A stretch of 64,000 nt of DNA from the human T2T-CHM13v2.0 reference genome, Homo sapiens: the NCBI RefSeq assembly GCF_009914755.1, contig NC_060934.1. One strand, given 5' to 3'. The notes beneath the pieces are model-generated. The model had not been told where the DNA came from. It did not search any database and worked only from the letters and a program-made list of their open reading frames with translations. A program made the position numbers and the translations under genes. Below are positions 54,270-64,000 of this stretch, in pieces (position 1 is the first letter of the stretch; each line of letters opens with the position of its first letter).

Positions 54270-56239
54270 TATTCATGGTGTTTTTCAAAGAGTATAGTTT
54301 TAAAATTTTGATGAAGTGCACTTTATTCATTTTTTTTCTTTTATGTTAGTGTTTTCTGATGTCTTTTCTAACAAATCTTTGCCTGCCCAAAAGTCTCAAA
54401 AACATTCTCACGTTTCTAGATTTTTAGCTTTAGCTTTTGTGTTTGGGACTATGATCCATATTTAGTGAATTTTATTTTTGGGGGGGCAGAGTCCATGTTG
54501 CCCAAACTGGTCTGGAACCACCACACCCAGCTAATTTTTGTGAATTGCGGGTACACCAAGGTTCACTTTGTTCCACATGGATTTACAGTGACCCCAGCAC
54601 CGTTTGTTACAAAGACTGCTCTTTTCCCACTGAATTGAAACCTTTGTTGAAGTCAGTTTGGTCTGCTTTTGGCTTCTCTATTCTGTTCCATTGATCTGCG
54701 TGTGTGCCTACCATTATGCCAGCACAAACCCTCTCAACTGCAGCTGTGTAAGTCCTGAAATCAGGTAGTTTATCTCATCTTTGTTCTTTTTTAAAACTTT
54801 TTTAGCTATTCTAGGACCTTTCCATTTCCATCTACATTTTAGAATTAACCTGTCATTTCTAAAGAAAAAGAAGGAGGAGGAGGAGGAGGAGGAGGAAGCT
54901 GAGATTATGTTAAACCTATAGAACAATTGAGGAAAACTGACATCTTAACATCACTGAGTCTTCCAATCTGTGAACATGGTTTATCTCCATTTACTTAGAT
55001 ACTTAAGTTTTAACCTGCCATGTTCTGTAGATTTTGTAAAAGTCTCATATATCTTATATTACACTTATTCCTATTTTAAATTTTATGCTATTATAAATGA
55101 AAATTATTTAAAACTTTATTTTCCAATGCTGATTTCTAATATACAACAATACATTTTTTAAAATATTGATTTGTACTCCATGACCTTGTTAAATTCACTT
55201 ATCCAGTAGTATGTATGTTTTGCAGGTCTCTTAGGATAGTCTATGCATATCATCCTGTTGCTGAAAACAAAGGCAGTTTTATTTTTTTCCTTTCCAATCT
55301 GTACGACTTTTATTTCTTTCTCTCATTTTATTGTACAGACTGGGACCTTAGTACAATGTCAAGTAGAATACAAGGGGTGACAGCAGACATCCTTGCCTTG
55401 TTCGTAACCTTGGGGGCAAGTGTTCAATCGTTCGGCACTAACCGTGTTATCTGTAATTTTTCAATAGATGCATTTCATCAGATTTAAGAAGTCCCCTTTA
55501 TTTTTAGTTCATGAAGAGTGTTTATCGTAAGAGGATATGGAATTTTGTCAAGTGCGCTTCTATATCTATTGACCTGATCATATTTTTTCTTAATCTATTA
55601 ATACGATATATTAAATTGATTTTCGGATCTCAATCCAATCTTATCTTCCTTGGATAACATATTTGGGCATGAGGTATTATTCTTTTTGCATATTGACAAG
55701 ATTTACCAACATTTTCCTGAGGATTTCGGCGATAGTGTTCATCAGGAATATTGGTGTTTACATTTCTTGTATTGTCTTTGTCTAATTTTGGGATTAGAGA
55801 AATCTAACTTCACTGACTGAATGGGAAATAGTCCACCCCTCCCCCAAATCTCTGGAAGGGTTTGTCTAGAACTGTTACTATTTATTCCTCAAATGTTTGA
55901 CAGAATTCACCAGTGGAGCCATCTGGGCCTAAAATTTTCCCTGTGAGAAGATTTTAAATCATAGATTCAAAATTTTTAATAGATAGAGTGCTATTCAGAG
56001 CAGCTATTTCTTCTTGAATGAGTTTCTGTAGTTTGTGTCTTTCAGGAAATTGGTCCTTCTAATCTGAATTGTTGGTATGTCAACACAAAGTTGTTTATTC
56101 TCTTACTACCTTTTAAAGTGTGTAGGGTCTGTAGTAATGTCTCCTTTCTCATTCCTTACACATATTAGTAACTTATGTCTCTGTTTTGGCCTTTCTGCAT
56201 CACCCTCATCATTCTAGATATTGGTTTCATTCATCAATT

Positions 56240-56273
<34 letters not shown>

Positions 56274-56830
56274 GAGACAGGGTCTCACTTTGCAGCCCAG
56301 GCTGGAGTGCAGTGGCACAATCATGGCTCACTGCAGCCTCTACCTCCCAGACTCAGGTGATCCTCCCACTTCAGCCTCCTGAGTAGCTGGGTTTAGAAGT
56401 GCATGCTACCATGCCTAATTTTTGTATTTTTTGTAGAGACAGAGTTTCGTCATGTTGCTCAGGCTAGTCTCAAACTCCTGGGCTTAAGTGATCTGCCTGC
56501 CTGACCTCCCAAAGTGCTAGGATTCCAGGCTTAAGCCACTGCACCTGGCCTGGTTTTTTAATTTTATTGATTATTTTAAATAACCAGCTTTTAGGTTTTA
56601 TTTATTTCCTGTCTTGTTTGCTTCCTACTTCATTGATTACACTCTTGACTTTATTATTTCCTCTTTTGTACTGAGTTTGGGTTTAATTTGCTTTATTTTT
56701 ATAGCTTATTAATTTGGAACTGTAGGACATTTATTTTACACTTTTTCTTCTTCTCTAAATAAGCCTTTAAAGCTATATATCTTCCTCTAAGCACTGCTTT
56801 ACCTGCATCTTATACATTTTGTGTTTTCAT
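54270..56830 (-). mobile_element. L1M ORF2 remnant
   Basis: ttctattctgttccattgatc; cactgagtcttccaatctgtgaacatgg; agaattcaccagtggagccatctgggcct; ctctaagcactgcttt. Confidence 0.85.
56243..56550 (-). mobile_element. AluJ
   Basis: ~29-nt poly-T then a J-type reverse body. Confidence 0.92.
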
Positions 56831-57429
56831 GCTCTTTATTTGTACCCTTTAAAACATTTTAATTCTTGGAAACTATACTGAGAAAAGAATCCTAAGACCT
56901 TAAAATGCTTAAGTACAAAGATGTTCATCCTGCCATTTTTCTAATCATGCAGCATTGAAAACAACCTTAACTTACAACAATACGGTGTTATCAGTTAGGT
57001 AAACCACCACGTCTATCAGCTGACTACTACATAGGCATTAAAAACATTTAGAGTTTTCAGTTGAATGAGAAAGGATGTATGTTCTAATGTCGGCTTTTTA
57101 AAAAAGGCATCACAGTTGTGTATACGGAATGATCCGAGTGCTCACTACAGAGCTAAGCATAAATGAAACTCGACAGAAATATTATCAAAATAGTGACAGT
57201 GCTTGGTATATTTGGAGTGAAGTTGTGAGTGAACATTCTTCCCTGAATACCCTGTACCCTGCTCTGTAGTTGTAAAATGTTGAGCAGATGACTTCTACAC
57301 GGAAAAGTTTAAAGGCTCATCATGCTACGATGAGCATGTGACTTTTACAAGGAAACATGCAGGAGGCTGGCATGATGTCATGTGATCTGAATGACCCTGC
57401 ACCTGCTTCGAGCCTGCTCCTGCTGCTGG

Positions 57430-57790
57430 AATGCCAGCTTCTTGAGGACAATGTCTTTTTCTGTTTTGTTTTTCACCGTCTCATCCCTGGTGTCTAGAAC
57501 AGCGCATAGCACAGAGAATGCATTAAATAAATTAAATGCATGCGTGTATGGAGGTTAAGCCACACAGCGCTGCCTGGGCCAGCTGGCTTGGGGTCCTGAT
57601 TGGGCTCTGTTCTTCGCTAGGTATCCTAGAGGCTGTGTGAGGTTGGTAAACTTCTTAATTCTACAGCGTTGCTTTCCTTATATGTAAAACAGACATACAT
57701 ACCTTGTAAGACCTTTGTGAGGATTAGAAATAGGAAATGTAAACCCCTCACACACAATTGGTTCCTGAAAAATGATAACTGTTACTAAGC
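57430..57790 (+). mobile_element. L2 tail followed by MIR remnant
   Basis: tccctggtgtctagaacagcgcatagcacag (L2); tttccttatatgtaaaa...tttgtgaggattagaaa (MIR). Confidence 0.55.
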
Positions 57791-59325
57791 TGATTAATGA
57801 GGAAAGTATCCCCATAATTCAACAGCTCCCTTTCTAGATGAATTCTGGGTGACGTCAGAGCTTACTAATGGCAAAATACCTCTGCCTAAAGTGACCAGGT
57901 CTAGCCACTCCCAAAGAGGACAGGACCCTGGATTCCTTTCACTGTGCACCTAGCCAGGCTCTGTCTGCAGACAATTATCTTGAGTGAGTCACTTAACCTC
58001 AGTGTTTTTATATGCAATGGAGTAAGTCTGACCCACCCGGCAGGAGTACTGAAGAGCGATGATTATTAGACGCTAGAAATGCACTTTACGGCTGCGCAGT
58101 GCTAGACGCAGACATGCCGCAGGGCACCTTCTGAATCTGCTGTGGACATGCATGAGGGATGCTGGCTGGAAGCCTCTGATAACTATGAATCCATAAGCAA
58201 ATTGGTTACTGTCTTAAACGAAGTAACAATGTGATATTTAGTGCTGTCCTTTTTAAAAAGCTCGCAATATATTGTTGTCTAATAAAAGTCTTGGGCCGAA
58301 TTTCCCTCCTGGGAGAACAAGAGCTTTGGGCCAAGTGGCTGACCAGGTTGAAGAGGGTTGGCAGCTGCTGAGGAATTCATCCATGGTAGGAGGAGGAAAA
58401 TCGGGCAGGCTCTGCTCCCCATCTCCCTCTCTGCTCCTTGCAGACTAGGTGGGCCCAGGATCTCCTTAAGCCAGGTAAGTAGGTCTTTAGGAAACTCGTT
58501 ATTATTATTATTTTGGCAAAGGAGCAAATACACGGGGCAATATTTCAAGGGTGAAGAAGGGCACACAAGGGAGAGGCATCCTCCCTCTCACCTGGTTTCA
58601 TGAGTGTGGCTTTTAACACAGGTGACACAAGTGGCCAATGTCTTTCTGAACATAGGAGAGCCAGGCCCCGGGCACAGTGACAGGTCTGCCATGCCCATGC
58701 AGCGGTCGGCATGCTGATATGATCTAAGGTGAGGGCCCAGCCAGGTCAGCCGGGAGAAAGTGAACACAGGAAGGGCACACCCAGGACCCCAGGGCCCCAG
58801 AACTCAGGTGAGCATGAAGGGAGCCAGCAGAGGAGACTGGGGGTGGTCAGCGCAGTTGGGAGGGAAGAGCAGGAATGCCACAGATGCCAGGGCAAGGCTC
58901 ACTTCCAAGAGGCAGCCAGTGGTCAACCGTATTGGAAGGTCAGCTGCAATCAGGCCTGGGGGGCTGGCCCTTGAATTAGGATGCCCCATGGGGTGTGGGC
59001 ATGAGAAGCACAATTCGAGGGCCTGGACAAGAGTGGTCCATTGGCATGCGGGGCAGAGATGGGCAGACTTTTAGGACAAGGTTTGCAGCAAGGAGAGCAG
59101 AGAGGGGGGAGGAAAATGGAGGGGCACAGGCTGGAGGCTTCCAGAGATCTGAGAGACCGCAGCATGCTTGTGAACTGCCGACGTGACCCAGGAGGGGGTG
59201 GCCTTGGGCGGGGACAGGCACCTCATTCCATGTAGCAGCATGGAGGATGTGCAGGACAGACACCAGATGCTGGATGTGTTGACTTAGTGGCGTGATCACA
59301 GTCAGAATCCAAATGGAGTCACTGG

Positions 59326-59726
59326 TATTAAAAACCCTGACATATAGACTGTGGAAGGGCATGAAGGGAGGGTTCTTATGCAGACATGCTTGATAGCAAG
59401 AACAATCACAAAAGACTGCAAAAATCACAGCCGTGCACAAAGACCATCACAACTTACACACACAAACACTTCTGGGAAGACATCTGCCCAGTAGCTGCCT
59501 GTCCAGCCTCAGACTGGCACCATCCTTCCTGGAGATCCTTGTAGCCAAGGATCATTGATTCAAAACAATGATGTAATCCTCCTGTTTCCTTTGAAAATCT
59601 TTGTCTTCCTTTACCTTCCTTGACCCACACCCAATTTACGATGGCACACATATTCTATTGCAATGAATGTTCCCGAGTAAATCTCATTTTCTTTTAGAGA
59701 GCCTCTCTCTGTTATTTAGGGTGACA
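59326..59726 (+). mobile_element. ERV1 (MER4-group, MER93-like) solo LTR
   Basis: gacatctgcccagtagctgcctgtccagcctcagactggc...gtagccaaggat...ttatttagggtgaca terminus. Confidence 0.62.
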
Positions 59727-60787
59727 GTGGGAAAATCCCAGACTGCAAATCCTTCCTCAACAAAGGGCAAACGTTTCCTCCAGGGAGCGTAGTTGGTGGT
59801 TAGAGAAGGGGAAGGCTGCAGTGGCCTCTTGGAGTGGTGGAGTGCACATGCGCAGAGCCAGGAGGCCTAGTGCTCAGCGTGGGTGTGCCTGAGACCTGGG
59901 AGATGCCAGGGGCATGGAAATAAGGTGTTGTCTAGTTTTTCCCCCAATTTAGTTTTCTCTAATTTGGGCGCAGGTTCACTGTAAGCAAGTAAATCAGTCC
60001 TGGGGGCCAGCTGGGTGAGTGCTGGGGGGCAGGGAGAGGGGAGGGAGTGGGTACACAAAGTGATTCTACCCTCAGAGAGAAGCAGAGTAAGGCAGGAAGA
60101 AGAGGTGTGCACATGCGTGGTCATGTGTGCACGTGTGCATGTTCGTGCATGCGCATGTGCAGATGTGTGTGCGTGCAAGTGCATGCGTGTGCATGTGTTT
60201 CTGTGTGGGTGTGCACGTGTGGCGGTGGCTAACGAAGGCATGGGAGCAGCATGGGCTGTAGGTTTCCATGAGGTCCCACGGAAGTGAAACCAAAGGAGAG
60301 GAGGTGGTGGGGAGGGCAAGGTGCCTGGATTCGGCCTTGGTGTGGTCATTGGTGATGAGAACATCCAGGCTATGCCCAGGGCCGTGGATGCAGAAGTGGG
60401 AGGTCCAGGCCGCACCCCCTTGGGTTCTGGAGGTTCTGGTAATGAGCACGGAATATAGGAGGCAGGAGAACTGTGAGGGGCTGAACCTGTGGTGGGTGAG
60501 GGGTGCATGGGAAAGAGGAGGTGGCTGCCTGGAGGAAGGGCAGAGGCCAACGTCCAGGCATGGCAGGAGCTGGCTGGCGAGGAGAGGAGGAGGGGGGAGC
60601 AGGGAGGGCACAAGGGGTGGGGGACGCTGCCTCAGCCGGGTGTGAGGGCACAGCCTGCGGGGAGAAGTGAGGAGGCAACGTCCCTTCTCAGAAAGCACGT
60701 TCCAGGGATCAGTGACACCCCCACATTTGGTTTCTACTAAGGGTACCCTTGGCATGTGCTGATTTTGTTAAAAAGAAAAATAAGCGA

Positions 60788-61191
60788 CTACATCAGTCAG
60801 CTTCAGCTGCTGTAGCGAAATATCACAGGCTGGGAGGCTGAAACAAGACTTTTACTTCTCACAGTTCTGGGGGCTGGAAATCCAAGATCAAGTTCCAGCA
60901 GCGTTGGATTTCTGGTGCAGGGTTTGTGGCTGGCTGGGGTGAAGCTTCCCACTGTGCACTCACACTGCCACTTCTTTTGCACATGTAAGGGTGGGGACAG
61001 CACTGAGCCCTTTCTATTAAACACTAGCCCTATTGCACGACTTAACATTAAACACCAGCCCTACTGCACGACTTAACATTAATTACCCCCGCTAGCCCAC
61101 CTCCGAATACAGTCACATTGGAGGTTAGGGCTTCAACCCATGAATTTGCGGGGTGGGGTGGGGTGGGGCGGGCGGAATTCAGTCTGTAGCA
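60788..61191 (-). mobile_element. MLT1A-like MaLR LTR with an internal 31-bp duplication (~61017-61082)
   Basis: tctcacagttctgggggctggaaatccaagatcaag...cagtcacattggaggttagggcttcaac...ttcagtctgtagca. Confidence 0.85.
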
Positions 61192-61654
61192 GGCACCTAC
61201 TGACTAAAGTAGACATTGGTTTATACATCAAATGGATTTTGCTGGAGTCCTGCTCAGCGGTGGCCGTAAGGAGGAACCCTGGGGGTGTTAACACAAGCCA
61301 GTGATGCGGCCTCAGCACAGGCCTGGGGCCCGAGCCTGCAGCACCATTCCTGCCGCCCCGCCCTGGCAGCAGGTGTCTTCCTAGAACAGAACAAGCCCCT
61401 TTTGATGTCATTGGGCATTGCCTTGGCGGTTTACTCAGAAGCTGGAGGCTAGCCTCGCTAGAGCCCATTGCCAGGCCCTGACCGCCCCTAAATCTGTGTC
61501 CACAAAATCCTCCGGAGTGCCTGCTCCGCATGGTGGCCACTGGCCACACAGGGCTGCTGAGCACTGGAAGCGGCCTTGTGAGCTGCTGCCAAGAGGCAGG
61601 TGCCCGTGCAAAGCCTTCCTGTGAAGGAATCTCACTGAGGTTGTTAAATTCTGG

Positions 61655-61780
61655 TTACATGTTGAATGATGTATCTATCTATTGGGTTAAGTAAAACGTA
61701 TTGTTAACTTTGGCTATTACTTGTTACCTTTAAAAAATGTAGCTACTGGAAGCTTTAAGATGACAAATGTGGTTCTCCTC
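61655..61780. mobile_element. MER3/MER33-like hAT fragment
   Basis: tattgggttaagtaaaacgtatt...aatgtagctactggaagctttaagatgacaaatgtgg. Confidence 0.55.
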
Positions 61781-62531
61781 CTCCATCTACAGGCATGTCC
61801 CGGTTCACGGCGGCTGTGTCCCCGCGGCCTCAGACCCAGGGTCCAGCCCATGCTCTGGCCCCTCCGGCGGCCAGGATCAGCATCGCTGCCCCGGGGCCCG
61901 CGCCGAGCCGGCTGCTCCTCCGTGCTCTGCGCTCCTGGGCCCGCACCAGCCCCCTCCCCTGGAGCCCCCTTCGTCCCTGCGAGGGTTCCCTGCACGCCCC
62001 GCGCTGAGACCCAGCCTGGCCCGGGCCGGAGCCCTCCGCGACGTCAGGATGCGCCTGGCCTCACGCCGCCTCCCCTCCGTCTTCTCTGGGCCGCAGCCGC
62101 TCCTCGTGAGTGAGGTCGCGGCCAGGGAGCCGGGTGGACGCGCCGGGAAGCTGCACGGTCCACGCTCCGTCTGCGCGGAGAGCCGGGCGCGCGTGGCCCG
62201 GCCCCTGCAGGCGCGACTGCCGCCGCCCCGGTGGGCTCCCCTCCCCCGCACGCCCGGCACGCGGCTGGACGACTGCGGCCGCGCGGGGGCTGGAACATCC
62301 CCTCAGAGCCGCAAGAGAGCGCACCCGCCGCCGGCGCCCGGAACCCAGGGCCCCTTTAAGAGGCGCCGCCGGAGCAGGGCCGTGACGTCATAGAAGTGCG
62401 AAGGGCGGAGTCTGTGCGCAGCCGCGGCGCGGGGGGCGGGGCGGGGGCGCGGCGTTCTTGCGGGCCTGACTGACAGGAGCGCCCTCCGGGAGCGGCCAGT
62501 ACTAGGCCGCCGGTCGCAAGAGCGCCCCGCG

Positions 62532-62790
62532 TAGGCCCCGCCCCGAAAGGAGGCCCCGCCCCGGGGCAGGCCCCGCCTCCACAAGGACACCAAGTCCCGC
62601 ACAAGCCACGCCCCCCGCAGGCCCCGCCCCACTCTGTTCAGATCTAGGCCCAACTCAGGCTCCGCACCTCAAGGCTCCGCCCCCAGCAAGGCTCCGCCCC
62701 AGGCCCGGCTCCACCCCGCACAGGCCCCACCCCGAGTCAGGCTCCGCCCCGCCCAGGCCCCGCCCCGGGCTCGGCTCCGCGGGGCGGGAC
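62532..62790. promoter_or_regulatory. Degenerate tandem array of Sp/KLF GC boxes
   Basis: About 12 copies of aggc(c/t)ccgccc-like units directly upstream of the leader. Confidence 0.75.
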
Positions 62791-63098
62791 TTGCCCTCAG
62801 CCTGAGTCGGCGGCGGCTGCGGGAACTTTCCCAGCGGATCTAATGGCTGCGCGCGGGCCGCTGTGAGGCGCGGCGGCGAGCGACGCGCGCGGGGCCGCGG
62901 AGCAGCGAGCGAGCGAGCGAGCGCGAGGCCGGAGCCCCGGCCAGGCCCGGCCGACCCGCCGAGCCCGCGATGCGCCCCGGGGCCGCCCCCCGGCGCAGCT
63001 GACGCCCCGCGGCCCCGCGAAGACCCCGGCCGGCCGGTCCCGGAGGAAGCGGCCGCCGCCGCCGCCGCCCAGCCCAGCGCCCGCGCCGCCCGGGCACC

Positions 63099-63173
63099 AT
63101 GGCGGGGAAGGCGGCCGCCCCGGGCACCGCGGTGCTGCTGGTCACGGCCAACGTGGGCTCGCTCTTCGACGAC
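63099..63173 (+). CDS. INPP5A: INPP5A coding exon 1 (type I inositol-1,4,5-trisphosphate 5-phosphatase), first 25 codons
   Basis: Strong Kozak gcaccATGG at 63099. Translation MAGKAAAPGTAVLLVTANVGSLFDD matches the INPP5A N-terminus as I know it. Followed immediately by a consensus donor GAC|GTAAGT at 63174 (phase 0). Lies in a CpG island. Confidence 0.96.
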
Positions 63174-64000
63174 GTAAGTCCCCCGTGCCGGCGGCAGGCC
63201 CCAAGCCCGGAACCCCCGACCCTGACCCCGGGGTCCCGAGCTGCAAGCCTTGGACCCTGGACCGTGAACCTCCAGACCCAGAGGCCCCAGAGGCCCCAGA
63301 CTCTGATCCCTGTACCCGGGACCCCAGACTCCTGTCCTGATTCCCAAGTCTGGGAGCCCAGACCCCTGTCTTGATCCCCAAGCCCGAGACCTGAAGACCT
63401 GGGCCCTGAATCCCCGAACCCCATCCTCCAGACTCCAGCAGCTGACCGTTGACCCTGGGACCCTGCCTCTGAACTCCTGTCTGCAAATCCTGACCTCGAA
63501 ACTCCAATATTAAAACCCTGTCAGAACCCCTGTTAACAGTTCCTGGAACCCAAACCCCAGAAACCGGGTCTGTGCGCACCAAACCCAGCCCCAGCCCTGA
63601 TTTCCGAATCCTCAGAACCCTGGCCCTGGAATGCCCATCCCCAACCCTGGCCCTGAACCCCAGGTCCATGGTCACTGGAACCACAAATCCTGACTGCAGA
63701 ACTCTGGTTACAGAACCTGCTCTCAAACGTCTGTCTCTGGTCCCTGAGCCCTGGACCCCAAACCCTGAAACATAACCACAAACCCTAACCCAGGAACTTC
63801 TGACACAGGGCTGTGGCCCCAACCTCCTGTCCCTGTTCCCCAATCACTGAATTCTAGCCCTAGAATCCCAGCCTTCATACTGTGGCCCTTTGCCTCTAAA
63901 GCCAATCTAGCCTGACTCTGAACCCTGAATTTCAACCTCAGGCCCCAGCTTATGGCCCTGAACACTTGTCCTTGACCCCTGAACCTGGAACCCTGGTTCC
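63174..64000 (+). other. INPP5A: Start of INPP5A intron 1 (runs beyond window)
   Basis: Begins GTAAGT; the downstream in-frame translation is low-complexity and does not resemble INPP5A. Confidence 0.9.

Larger units (their letters stand above)
61800..63240. promoter_or_regulatory. CpG-island promoter and 5' leader of INPP5A
   Basis: Very high GC and CpG density, many GGGCGG/CCGCCC boxes, full CRE TGACGTCA at 62383-62390, kB-like GGGAACTTTCCC at 62821-62832. Exact TSS not visible; probably ~62750-62850. Confidence 0.92.

Noticed and set aside
63174-63374. Continuation of the 91-aa ORF past INPP5A codon 25
   Set aside because: Intronic read-through after a consensus GTAAGT donor.

Overview
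Primate (almost certainly human) genomic DNA, not prokaryotic. The only supportable protein-coding sequence is at the far right: coding exon 1 of INPP5A (type I inositol 1,4,5-trisphosphate 5-phosphatase; MAGKAAAPGTAVLLVTANVGSLFDD, 63099-63173, then a GTAAGT donor) inside a CpG-island promoter. From established knowledge this places the window in subtelomeric 10q26.3. The preceding ~62 kb is GC-rich intergenic DNA with about 18 Alus, old L1/L2/MIR fragments, MaLR and ERV1 solo LTRs, a deleted Tigger1 and an unusually dense set of minisatellites (17, 22, 33, 36, 37, 43/44, 55, 60 and 69 bp units). Nearly all long ORFs in the track are artefacts of repeats or high GC. The leads most worth checking are: a ~210 bp unique segment packed with consecutive inverted repeats (27860-28070), two uORFs in the INPP5A leader (one in frame with the CDS), a possible divergent CRE/TATA-like promoter, several motif-cluster enhancer candidates, cryptic exons, and a probable AluY-associated deletion. 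Repeat family and subfamily calls are from remembered consensus sequences and need RepeatMasker/Dfam confirmation; boundaries are approximate unless a TSD is quoted. I found no demonstrable novel biological system, only testable candidates.
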